From Eledone cirrhosa (lineage: Eukaryota), in NCBI GenBank assembly GCA_964016885.1, contig OZ024740.1, forward strand, positions 274,350,001 to 274,414,000: DNA of 64,000 nt, in the 5' to 3' direction. The notes below the pieces were generated by a model that was given only the letters and a program-made list of their open reading frames with translations, did not search any database and was not told where the DNA came from. Positions 1 to 11,099 of this stretch are shown here, piece after piece. The position numbers and the translations under genes were made by a program. Numbering within the stretch: the stretch's first letter is position 1; every line of letters starts with the position of its first letter.

Positions 1-1
1 C

Positions 2-560
2 CCTAGACATAAATATAGTAACATTTTTAATAGAAATACTATTAAAATTTCTTACTCTACGACTCCTAACTTTGCACATAACATCACAGCTTCAAATTTA
101 GCTAAACTACCTAGCCGTAGGAACACGTGCAACCCTGTAGTTAGTACTAACTGTAATTGTAGGAATCGGGTTGACTGCCCCCTATCTGGGAAATACCTCT
201 CTAGTAACATTGTCTACAAATGTAAGGTTGAAACACCCACGTCTCGTAGGGCCTACATAGGGTTAACCGCCAATAGATTCAAGCAGCGTCTTTACATGCA
301 TACCCATTCTTTTCGTTACCCTCTAAGAAGGAATATGACGTCACTTTCAGCTTATATCTGGAGTCTAAAAGACAACCACACCCAATATAAGTTACACTGG
401 GAGATCCTAGCTAGGGCTAGATCGTATAACGGAAATAAAAGATGAGTGACCGCTGCGCCGCTGAGGCCCTGGAAATACTCTACGCCACAGACCACATCTT
501 AAACAAAATATCTGAGGCAATTTCGGCTTGTAAACATAAATTGCACAAAACATTCTGTAT
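2..560 (+). pseudogene. Penelope-like element ORF, C-terminal part: Cys-rich linker plus GIY-YIG endonuclease; frameshifted/stopped near 443; 5' part lies outside the window
   Basis: Frame 2 reads IFNRNTIKISYS...CNCRNRVDCPLSGKYLSSNIVYKCKV...AYIGLTANRFKQRLYMHTHSF...SLSAYIWSLK...WEILARA, then frame 1 continues DRCAAEALEI...LNKISEAISACKH. The IVY..YIG..FKxR pattern with an upstream CNC..CPL motif is typical of PLE (Neptune-type) endonucleases. Confidence 0.85.
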
Positions 561-1231
561 TACAGCCCCACATTATATCCTAACGGATAGTACGATCTAT
601 ACGCGGATATTTTACGTCTTGCGTGGTAGCTAAGTAGATGTTATGTTTATAACATTACTTATTTGTATAGGTAAGTATATATTACCTGTATGTTTTGTGA
701 AGGTACGTATACTTTCTCGTACGTATATTTGATTGTATATGTTATGGCGTATATTTTATTTATTCTGGTACATATTCTTTTGGTTATGTGTATACGTGAG
801 TTTTGCGTCTGTGTGAGTATGCGGGTTCGTATGTATGTAGGGTGTGTGTATATGTGTACTTCATGTTTTGGTTGACGTTGTCTCCGAACATATGTGTATT
901 TACATGTAGGTATGTGTGTACGCTTGTTATATACGTATTTATTTATATACGTTTATTTAATTATTTGTATACACGCACACACACATACACATATTTATAT
1001 GTGCGTGTATTTGTATACCTATGGCGAGTTTTTCGCGTATGCTTGTGTATGTACGTTTATGGATGCGCGTATGTATTTGTTCTATTTCAATTACCTCTGT
1101 ATTTTATTAACTTTATTCTTAACTCTGAAGCTGAGAATCATTCGGTTTTCTAGTTAGAATTTTAGTCTACGACTTCTTTTATACCATAAATGTGGTTTTG
1201 TCTTTGCGTGTAATTGTTTTTCACCGCTCCA

Positions 1232-1335
1232 AATAATTGTGTCTACGTTAGGCACAAGGCCAGAAAATAACCCAGTGCATTACTGGTACTTTATTTTATC
1301 GACCCCGTAAGGATGAAAGGCAAAGTCAACCTCGG
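1232..1335 (-). mobile_element. 5'-truncated SINE (family 1) inserted in the PLE pseudo-LTR
   Basis: Reverse complement of the SINE 3' half (ccgaggttgactttgcctttcatccttacggggtcg...gccttgtgcc). Flanked by gctccaa direct repeats and absent from the paralogous copy near 3145. Confidence 0.8.
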
Positions 1336-1479
1336 CTCCAACTAATGACGTATTGTATTCGTTTTTTCCCTTTCTTTGCCAGGGAACGTTTCCACAAACC
1401 AAAGTATCGTCTTCCCGTCTTCCTCCGGTTGCAAGGTTTTTTTAAATATTCACTTCTGCCTTCACAGATTGACTTTGTT

Positions 1480-1530
1480 AGTTTCAGAAGATCCCGTTAA
1501 GGATGAAACCAGCGATTTTTTGCTTAAACT
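1480..1530 (+). ncRNA. Type I hammerhead ribozyme-like motif, U4A core variant (family A, partly decayed)
   Basis: agttt-CAGAAGA-stem II-GAAA-stem III-TT-aaact; one mismatch each in stems II and III relative to the 3252 copy. Confidence 0.45.
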
Positions 1531-1664
1531 TTAATCTGTTATTTTAATATATATATCCCCTCTGTCAGTTGACACTTTCTCTCGACTGACCTCTTCCTCG
1601 CACTTCCACTCACTCACTCTCTGTTTCTACCCTTCTTACTTCATCCCGTTCGGTAGGAGTCAGA

Positions 1665-1996
1665 TTTTCCTTCTTTCTCACATCTTACTCACAGCGAAAG
1701 GTCTGTTTCCTACACGCTCATGAATTCACCCAGTTTATACTGATCGAATAACCATGTTGCTTGTTTTTCTTCCCATCTTCGGTTAGCCTTCCCTTCGTGT
1801 TGTTTACTTGTCTCACTCGCTTTACGCGTTTCACTTGTCCCAATAAGTTATTTTAGTTATTGCTCGCACCAACGTGAGGTATATGATTTTTAATGCGATG
1901 AAATACCAATGATCGTTGGCAAATCAGTGATGAGGGACTAATTTTATAATATGTAATCCATGTGCAACCATGCAGTATTCTTCTCCCCATATTTTT

Positions 1997-1997
<1 letters not shown>
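1665..1997 (+). repeat. Unclassified dispersed repeat; second copy inverted at about 39802-40138
   Basis: Shared blocks such as tgtttacttgtctcactcgctttacgcgtttc and gaggtatatgatttttaatgcgatgaaatacc occur reverse-complemented at 39.8-40.1 kb. Both copies abut (TA)n. Confidence 0.75.
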
Positions 1998-2095
<98 letters not shown>

Positions 2096-2136
2096 TTACA
2101 TACACGCACACACATATATATTTGTAAGTATGTATG

Positions 2137-2172
<36 letters not shown>

Positions 2173-2203
2173 TATATATATATATATTAAAATTACAGAT
2201 TAA

Positions 2204-2254
2204 AGTTTAAGCAAAGAATCGCTGCTTTCACCCTTTACGGGATCTTCTGAAACT
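2204..2254 (-). ncRNA. Type I hammerhead-like motif, U4A core variant (family A)
   Basis: Minus strand reads agttt CAGAAGA tccc gtaaa gggt GAAA gcag cgattct ttgc TT aaact. Confidence 0.55.
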
Positions 2255-3251
2255 AACAAAGTCAATCTGTAAACGCAGAAGTGGATATTTCAAAAAACGT
2301 TGCAACCGGAGGAAGACAGGAAGTCGATACTTTGGTTCGTGGAAACGTTCCCTGGCAAAGAATGGGAAAAAACGAATATAATACGTCATTAATAGGATAT
2401 TTTACGTCTTGATGTGGTAGCTAAGTATATGTTTTGTTTATACCATTACTTATTTGCATAGGTAAGTATATATTACCTGTATGTTTTGTGAAGGTACGTA
2501 TACCTTATTGTACGTATATTTTATTGTATATGTTATGGCGTATAATTTTATATATTCTGGTACATATGGTTTGGTTATGTGTATACGGGAGTTTTGCGTC
2601 TGTGTGAGTATGCAGGTTTGTACGTATGTAGGGTGTGTATATATGTGTACTTCATGTTTTGGTTGACTTACGTCTCCGAACATTTGTGTATTTACATGTA
2701 GGTATGTGTGTGCGCTTGTTATATACGTATTTATTTATTTATATACACGCATACACACACACACATTTATATGTGCGTGGTTTTGTATACCTATGGCAAG
2801 TGTTTTCGCGTATGATTGTGTATGTACGTATTTGTATGCGTGTATGTATTTATTTAATTTCTATTACTTCTGTATTGTATTTATTTACTTTGTTCTTTAC
2901 TCTGAAGTGGAGTTTCATTCGGTCTCCTAGTTAGAATTTTAGTCTACGACTTCTGCTATATCATTTACGTGGTTTTGTCTTTGCGTGCAATTGTTCTCCG
3001 CGCCCCACATATGACGTATTATCTTCGTTTTTTTCATTCATTGCCAGAGAACGTCTCTATGAACCACCTAAGACAACATTAGTCTACGACCTCTTTTATA
3101 CCATAAACGTGGTTCTGTCTTTGCGCGTAATTGTTTTTCACCGCTCCTATTAATGACGTATTATATTCGTTTTTTCCTGTTCTTTGCCAGGGAACGTTTC
3201 CGCGAACGTTTTTTGAAATATTCACTTCTGCGTTTACAGATTGACTTTGTT

Positions 3252-3302
3252 AGTTTCAGAAGATCCCGTTAAGGGTGAAAGCAGCGATTCTTTGCTTAAA
3301 CT
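3252..3302 (+). ncRNA. Type I hammerhead-like motif, U4A core variant (family A)
   Basis: Stem I agttt/aaact, core CAGAAGA, stem II ccc/ggg, GAAA, stem III gcag/ttgc, putative cleavage triplet CUU. Confidence 0.55.
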
Positions 3303-3409
3303 TTAATCTGTTATTTTAATAAATATTTACTCTACGGTTCTTATATATCTGATATATATATATATTCGAGCCCTCTTTGGATTTTAGTCTTCAAATTTAT
3401 TATTATTAC

Positions 3410-3447
<38 letters not shown>

Positions 3448-3769
3448 GAAGGCATGCACACACAAGTCACAAATGTATCAATAAATTTATGATGTTTTAT
3501 GCATTATATTCATCTGAGACACGTACACAAATCTCTTCAATAGAATCACAAATTAATTACTGATATCTTCGGTGAAAAACAAACAGCAAACAGCCAGTTT
3601 TCTATCTAAAATGTCTCTTGAGAAGATGAAAAGAATTATGTGGTCCTTTTGTGTTTATTTATGACTTTTACACACGTTTCGCACAGTAATCTTAAAAGCA
3701 TAGAACAAACAGTTCTCAAGTACTATTTTCAATGAAAATTTTGTTAATTATGATTATATTGTTATTGTT

Positions 3770-3808
3770 ACTAGCAGAAGAACCGACCTCGGGCGGTTTT
3801 CTTCTAGC
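3770..3808 (-). other. Helitron 3' terminus: GC-rich hairpin followed by CTAG-T
   Basis: Minus strand reads ...aaccgcccgaggtcggttcttctg CTAG t, about 480 bp downstream of the Pif1 helicase remnant. Confidence 0.7.
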
Positions 3809-4249
3809 ATATATAGTGTGTACATTGATATACGCAAATATATATCCACATAGATATAATACATAAATTGACAATATGCACATAAACTGAACAAAGACTG
3901 TTACACTTACTTCTGTAATCAGTAAAGTAATCCATGATACATTTTTAAAAAAGGCGATAATGGAGATGGAAAAGTGATGAAACTGTTGACGGAAAATGTT
4001 CATGAATCTTCACTTCAGAATGTCAATGGAAAGATTCAAGCTATGAATTTGAAAACAGATGCTGCTGGTATGAATCAATGAATTACATTTACCAATATGA
4101 AGAGTTGACATTCGCTATATTGTTGTTTTACTGTATTCACATATAGAATTCTTAAGTTTTTGTAGTGTCTCTTTTCTAGCAGTTAAAAAGAAACTGAAAT
4201 GCATTTCAACCAAAAGAGAGTGATAGCTGTTTCACATCACTGTAGAATT

Positions 4250-6960
4250 TCTTTGTAAACAGACCCCTTTCATTTAATATTTTTATATTTTCTTTTTTTT
4301 TGTAACGCGTGATAATGCAACATACATCTGACCACGTGAGAAGAATTGTATTGGTAGATATACACCTATCTTTTCAAATGTCTGCCCTTGTGCCTTGTTG
4401 CATGTGAGGGAAAGGGCTGGTTTGACAGGAAATTTCTTGCGAGTAAAGGGAAAGGGAACTGAAGCTCTTGTGGTAAGCGTGGGATTAGCACCCTTGTTCC
4501 AGCATTGGGACCCAATGCCACTTCAGCTTCAATTACATGATGATGTAGTGTGTACCATTGCAATGGCCGTTTAGAGGATCCAGATTTCTCAGAAGCATGA
4601 TGCAACTGCCTTTCTTCAGTTTAAGTAGGTGTGTTGGGAAGCCTGATGGGGTAAGTTTGTTGATGAACTCAATTGGATATTGCAGTTCATTATCTACTGT
4701 ATCAGAGCTTCTCTAGATTATTTCATGACCGCGGAACTTGTTGACCATGAACTCATTCACCAATCTTACTGCATCATTTGTTGGAGTGATAATGGCTCTA
4801 TTTGCAAGCCACAGTGGGTTTGTGTAGTTTCCTGGAAGATTTGTATACACAAAATCACACAGTCCAGACACATTACTATATTCCAGACAAAGTTCATTTG
4901 GCAGAAGAATTGTGAATGCATCTACAGTTGGAACAGTTACCATTTCCCACATCATGAAGGTAGTTTGCAAACTGTTTTTCATCAGAATCCTCTGCATTAA
5001 CTAACCGTTGATTGGTTGTCATATCCATGGTTTCCACATAGTCCCAGAGTTAGGATCTCTTGATGGCTGCCTCAACTATTTGTGGTTTAGCACCATGACG
5101 TACAACTGGAAGAATTTGCTTCGAGTCATAATACTGTTAGACCACCAAATGACTTTTTGGAATCTCAGGATTCAATGTTGGCAGAAGTTCATTTATGTTT
5201 GCTTGCAGTTGGTGTGTATTGAAATCAGTTTCTGCCATAAGAACCCTGTTGATTTCTGGTATGGCAACAACAGTTGGGTCTGGCTGAGGAAGTCCATAGT
5301 TGGCATGAAGGTCGAAGCCATCATGTTGAAGTCTTTGTTGGATCTTCTGTAGAACAATGTGCACGGTTTGCCTGGACATGACTTGCTCATGACATTCATT
5401 CATGATAACCTCTGCAAGACAATTCTTCCGTTTCTCCCAGAACTGCAGAGGGTCATTTAGCATGATGTACAATAAAATGGTGCAGAAGATCTCTCGCAGC
5501 TGAGGACCAAGCGTAATGGATGAGGCCTCTTCCATAGCTTTGTCTTTTACTCCATCTTCATCTCACAGCCCAAGTTTCCTGCATGCATCTTGGAATGTTG
5601 GAAATTCAACTCCTTCAATTGTCCTCAAATCTTTGTATGAAGTTGACCCAGACTTGTGATGTAGGATCATTCTGAGGTAATGTAATTCAGATTGATGTCT
5701 ACTGAGAGATACTGTTGGAATGTGTCCAGGAGATTCACTCATAAATTGTTGATCATCATCCAGATGTCCCTTTTTTCTTCTTTGCCACTTTTTGTTTGTC
5801 TAAGTGAAATGTTTAGGAATATCAATATACAATATGTTTTGTGCCAGTGGGTCTCTAATGTTCAGTTGAAAATATTCCGTCAACTTAGTCATTGGCTGTC
5901 CCCTAGAAACAATACTTTCTTCCTGCCCTCGCTCATACACGACCATTTGTTCCACAAGGCAACTTTTCAACTGGTTTTCGATGATGTAATGGAAATTTAT
6001 AGATTCTCCAGAATGCTTCACTGGCTGAGATGTACCATGCATTGATATAGGTCTCAATCTCATTTTGGGCATGGACACAATTTCCTTGATCATCCTTAAT
6101 AGTGAAAGTGATCTTGTCTGATCCTTTTATGATGTACTTATATTAGTACTTAACAGCCTTGACACTGTGGACAACCTCACAATTGATGTGGCATTGATAT
6201 CTCAATGAGAGGAAAGGGTTGTATGGAACAATCCAAAGATTATCAACAGTAAATGATTGACCTTTAAGTTAGATTGTATGGGTGTGACCACTATGCTGTC
6301 TATCCCTTCTTCTATACTCCGGAAAGGAATTTTTGGCAACAAATGTGGTTTGTCTGAATACTTTTGGATAACATTTTGAGCAATGGTGTTGTTGTCCTAG
6401 CCCTTCCATACATGAGCACATCATATTAGCTTGTCCACATGGGCCATGAATGTTGCAGGATGGGATGATCTTATGCAGAATTGGATTGGTCTCTTTATCA
6501 GGAATCTCACAGTACACTACCTGATCAATAGCATCAGCAGTTTTGGGCTTGCTATCTTCAGCCATTATCAGCAGAATATGAGCATGACTGAGGCCTCATT
6601 TTCTGCCACTCTATTGTAGCAGAATGAGATAACTTTTCCTAGGACATTTTTTTTCAGTATGTCATCCATGAGGCTGTCATACTTGATCTTGAAGACTCTT
6701 GCACAAATATCAGGACGGTCTCTAGGTTCTTCACCAGGGTGCAAACTATTTTTTATTTCATCCCAGTTAGGGTTATTTGTTACCGTGATGAAATAAGATG
6801 GCTTTCCCATGTGTCGACCCACTGTCATCGAATTCTGAAAGCACTCACTGTAGAAGCGAGGAGAACCATAGATTGAAGGAGGAAGAACAATTCTCCGGCC
6901 TGCACTTGTTTCAGACGTTAGACTATGCCCATGCTGGGGTACTACGATTAAAGGATTTTC
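4250..6960 (-). pseudogene. Helitron RepHel (HUH Rep plus Pif1-family helicase), fragmented by stops and frameshifts
   Basis: GKPSYFITVTNNPNW..DRPDICARVF (6568-6828); EWQK-*GLSHAHILL HUH motif (about 6565-6615); HGPCG..CSKCYPK..FPEYRRR (6269-6565); WIVPYNPFLSLRYQCHINCE..VKY*YKYIIKGSD (about 6120-6245); RAIITPTNDAV (4713-4997); RVLIPRL and RGQMYVALSR helicase C-terminal motifs (about 4300-4500). Confidence 0.93.
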
Positions 6961-7680
6961 TTGACCTCAATTTCAGTACATATATTTTAAAATCTAGTAC
7001 TTATTTTGATATCTTCTATTCTCTTTGAAACGTGTGTGTGTCTATGTGTTCATATGTATGATGGTACCATATCGCTTGCGACGAGGATTCTTCCAGCTAG
7101 GTTTCTCAAATGGAACTGCCTGAAATTAAGGTGTGAGTGTCTGAGCATTCCATAGACACGTATAATGGAGGGTTTCAAGGTGGGACTACATTGGTTCTTC
7201 AACTTACTGGTAGAGTACTCTTTTTTTTACTTCAGAGGAAAGAAGAAAGGCGAAATAAAGTGTCTTGCTTAAGAACACAACGCACTGATGGGATTCGAAC
7301 TCTCAACATTACAATCACGAGATACACACACGGACATAAACGCACACACACACAGCTACAGTAACACACATAAGCAAACAGATACATACACACACACATA
7401 CATATATATACACATAAACACTTATGCACACATAAACACACCACACATATATATATGTATGTGTGTGAGTGAGCCTATGTACTTATGCAATGGTAAAAAG
7501 AATATACACCTGTGGATTGAATCATTGGTACTGTAGTAAATTATCCTTTCCTTATTTCCACATCTTCACATACATACACACAGCCACATATACAGATAAC
7601 CACACTATCTTTCTATCTACCTATATATCTATGTATCGATCTATCGACCTATCTATCTGCCAACCTACCTTTCTATCTAC

Positions 7681-7711
<31 letters not shown>

Positions 7712-7731
7712 TATTCTAGAGAGTGTGTCCA

Positions 7732-8457
7732 TTAGATGTATAATTACATTTCAAGAATTACGAAAAATTTACAAGTTACTTCATTCGGGGAGGATTAATA
7801 ATAGCTTCACTAACCTTGGATTTGTGTGCGGTATGTATGTGTGTCTATATATATATATATATATTCGTGCATGCTAGTACGGACCGGCCTTCGCGTATGC
7901 GCCGTACGGACCAGCCTTCACACATGCGCAGAACAGACCTGACTTCGCGCATGCGCACTTCTGACCAGACCTCAAGCATGTGCACTTCGGACAAGCCTTC
8001 ACGCATGCGCAGTATGGACCAGCCTTCGTGAATGCGCACTTCGGACCAGACTTCGTGCATGCGCAATATGGACCAGCCTTCGCACATGCACAGTACTGAC
8101 CAGCCTTCGCGCATGCGCAGTACTGACCAGCCTTTGCGCATGCGCAGTACGGACCAGCCTTCGCACATGCGCACTTTCGACTAGACTTCGCGCATGCGCA
8201 CTGTGGACCAGACTTTGTGCAGGCGCATTTCGGACCAGCCATCGCGCATGCACAGTATGGACCAGCCTAGCGCATGCGCAGTACTGACCAGCCTTCGCGC
8301 ATGCACACTTCGAACCAGACTTCGCCTATATATATATGTCTATGTATGAATAGATATATTTGTGTGTGTGACTGTTAGATGTATTATTGCATTTCATGAC
8401 TTACGAAGAATTTGCAAGTTACTTCACCCGGGGAGGATTAATAATAGCTTCACTAAC
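7732..8457 (+). repeat. About 83-bp direct repeats (7732-7814 and 8375-8457) flanking the 27-bp minisatellite
   Basis: Both read ttagatgta...caagttacttca..cggggaggattaataatagcttcactaac. Confidence 0.85.
7864..8325. repeat. GC-rich minisatellite, 27-bp unit, about 17 copies, consensus ggaccagccttcgcgcatgcgcagtac
   Basis: Directly visible periodicity; it produces the CACAKAGPY-type repeats in the ORF track. Each unit has a GCGCATGCGC palindrome or a transition variant of it. Confidence 0.95.
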
Positions 8458-8584
8458 TTCAGAAGATGATTTGTGTGTGGTGTGTATATATATATATTTA
8501 TGCGTGTATGTTTGTCTGCATCAGACATAATTTATATGCTATTACATTTATATATATCTAATCAATGGGCGTACAACGGTGCTT

Positions 8585-9704
8585 AATCTAAACTATAATA
8601 AAGTAAGAAGCGCGGGACTGCGTACGGTTTATCATTTTTTATCCCTTTAGTAAAATAAGTTGGATTACTTTGAATAAATAATGAATGAATATTACATAAT
8701 TTATCTACTAAATTTCGTGGCTGTTCATTAAATATATTTTATTATTTATTTAAAGATTCACTTCTTTAAAATTTTCAAATGTCAACACATCCGGTTAGCG
8801 ATCATTTAACTAAATATTCATATATTTCTGTCACTAATTTTTTCCTAATACAGCTTATATATAATATCGTCTTTTTTTAATGTATCATGAATTGCGTTAC
8901 TGATTACATAAGACAGTGTAACCAAGTCTTCATTCAATTTCTGTATATATTGTCAATTACCGTTTTATTTGATGTATCATATCTGCATGCATACACACTA
9001 CACATACTAGCAGTAACCACCCGTTGGGTGGTTTTCCTGCTAGTTATATTAAATGAGTTTTAAAAAAATAGAGTTAATAAATAAATAAAACGTTATACTT
9101 GTTATACCCTCCCATTTCCAATTAAACCGAACGGCATCATGACTGTATGTGTGTGTATTTGTGTAAATGTATGTTTGTGTGAATGTATGTGTATTTGTGT
9201 GAATTATGTCCGTGAGTGAGTATTTTTATAAGTTTGTGTTTGCATGATTATAGTTATATACTCATAATAGTTATATACCCATACATATAGAACTATGTGC
9301 ACACTCATACGCGCGAGTGTGTAGAAAATCATAATCTCTCTATCACACACTCTCTCTATATATATATGGTAGTTCAAGTGGTGGTGGTGGCGACGATATA
9401 CCGGAAGTGCAACTTTGAAAAGAAGTCAATTTTAGATTATTTATTTTTACGAAATTATTTGTTTACGAAATTTAGCACATAAATTATGTAATATTCATTC
9501 ATTTCCCGCCGAGGTTGACTCTGCCTTTCATCCTTACGGGGTCGATAAAATAAAGTACCAGTAATGCACTCGGTAATTGCTGGCCTTGTGCCTAAAGTAG
9601 AAACAATTATTTATTCAAAGTAATCCAACTTTTTTTTACTAACTGGATTAAAATAAATAAACCGTACGCAGTCTCGCAGCCCTTGCTTTATTATAGTTTA
9701 GATT
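8585..9704. repeat. Diverged inverted duplication: arms about 8585-8795 and 9400-9704 (right arm interrupted by a SINE fragment at about 9503-9608)
   Basis: aatctaaactataataaag..gactgcgtacggtttat..aagttggattactttgaataaataatgaatgaatattacataattta has its reverse complement at about 9465-9704. Similarity extends to ccggatgtg/ccggaagtg at the inner ends. Confidence 0.8.
9006..9044. other. Second Helitron-terminus-like module (CTAG-hairpin-CTAG)
   Basis: actagcagta accaccc gtt gggtggt tttcctg ctagt; same layout and orientation as 3770-3808. Confidence 0.55.
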
Positions 9705-9713
9705 ATTGTAAGT
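9385..9713 (+). promoter_or_regulatory. Candidate promoter and non-coding first exon: ETS motif ACCGGAAGTG at 9400-9409, GTAAGT donor at 9708-9713
   Basis: Consensus ETS/GABP site in a locally CpG-containing patch, with a consensus splice donor about 300 bp downstream. No downstream coding exon was identified. Confidence 0.4.
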
Positions 9714-10074
9714 TAGTACTGTTATTGTTATTATAGTGGTGCTAGTAGTAGTAGTAGAAATGTGCATGTTTATAACATTATTATTTGGGGTGTGTGTATT
9801 TCTTTATGATTGTGTTTGTGCAAAAATGTGAGGAAAGATAATTTGTATATATATTAGAGCTCATTCATGTTGTTTAAAGCTGATAATTTACTCCATTGCT
9901 GCCTTAAGTTTCTGGCATTTAAATGTTCATAGCTTGTTCTTGTATTGCAAATTTCCTCATCTAAGCCAAAATTAGTTTTTATTTATATATGTGGAGAATT
10001 TACTTACAGTATTAATGATGAAAAAATGTAATCTTAATGGTTGTTCACTATAGTTGATCTATATGAATGATTTT

Positions 10075-10985
10075 TACTATAGACACGAGGCCAACACTTT
10101 TGGGAGAGGGGAAATTCGATTAAATCGATTCCAGTGTATTACTGGTACTTTATTTTTTCAACCGTGTAAGGATGAAAGACAAAGCTAACCTCAGCAGGAT
10201 TTTAACTCAGAATGTAAACGACTGTAATTTTATGCTGCAAAACATGGTGTCCAACGCTTTGCTGATACTGAATCATAATAATAATAATAGCGATTTCATT
10301 TATTGGCCACAAGGGCTGACATGTAGGAGACAATACAAAGACAGGGACAGTGGGGTTTACAATAAGATTGATTAAAAATGCACAATAACAAAACCAATTT
10401 AACAATGAAAAAAATTGTCAAATAATCATAATAATTATAATAATGGTTTCTTATATAGACACAAGGCCAGCAATTTTGGGTGAAGGGAAGTCGATTAAAT
10501 CGATCCCAGTGTTACTTTATTTTATCGACCCCGTAAGGATGAAAGGCAAAGTTAACCTCGGCAGGATTTGAACTCAGATCATAAAGGGCTGTAACTGCAA
10601 AGCATTGTGTCTGATCCTCTAATGATACTACGAAACCAGAGCCCTATAATAATGATAATAATTGTTTCTACTTTAGGCACAAGGCCAGCAATTACCCAGT
10701 TTTACTGGATAATAATGATAATAAAATTATTGTTATTATCATTATTAATACTATTGATATTATTTATTCAGAGGGCAGTAATTTGTCAAAATTGTTACAG
10801 CATCAGAAAAAATAAATTGCAGCGTTTAGTTACAGCACTTTACATCCTCTTCCTGAGTTCAGCTTTGCTTTTCATCCTTCCAGGTTCAATAAAATAAAAT
10901 ATCAGTAAAGTACTTGGGTCGATTTATTTAACTTTCCCCTCCCCCAAAATTACTCTCTTTGTGCCTATGTTAGAAACAATTATTA
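10075..10985. mobile_element. Cluster of family 1 SINE copies and fragments (about 10075-10265 minus, 10445-10625 minus, 10660-10700 minus, 10820-10985 plus)
   Basis: Recurrent gaccccgtaaggatgaaaggcaaagttaacctcggc / gatttgaactcaga and cacaaggccagcaatt motifs. Confidence 0.75.
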
Positions 10986-11099
10986 TTACTTCTTTGAGAG
11001 TGCTCTGGTGTATCTCTGTGTTAATGATTTGTGTAAATTTGTTTGATTTTAACTAATTACATTGATAATGGCTTTTGCAGGATGTGAGGGGCCTCTTCC

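Larger units (their letters stand above)
605..1550 (+). mobile_element. PLE 3' region / pseudo-LTR, copy 1 (family A), ending in a (TA)n tract
   Basis: Directly follows the GIY-YIG ORF, is repeated at 2395-3320, and carries a hammerhead-like motif near its 3' end. Confidence 0.75.
2188..3412. mobile_element. PLE family A insertion: short inverted pseudo-LTR piece (2188-2394, minus) joined to a longer pseudo-LTR (2395-3412, plus), inside (TA)n
   Basis: 2188-2394 is the reverse complement of about 3146-3320, and 2395-3320 repeats 605-1550. An internal tandem duplication starts ttagtctacgac at about 2939 and 3079. Inverted pLTR arrangements are characteristic of PLEs. Confidence 0.8.

Noticed and set aside
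7845-8253. Cys-rich CACAKAGPY repeat ORF (metallothionein-like look) or CRISPR-like array
   Set aside because: A by-product of a 27-bp minisatellite open in several frames. There are no unique spacers or cas genes, and the DNA is eukaryotic.
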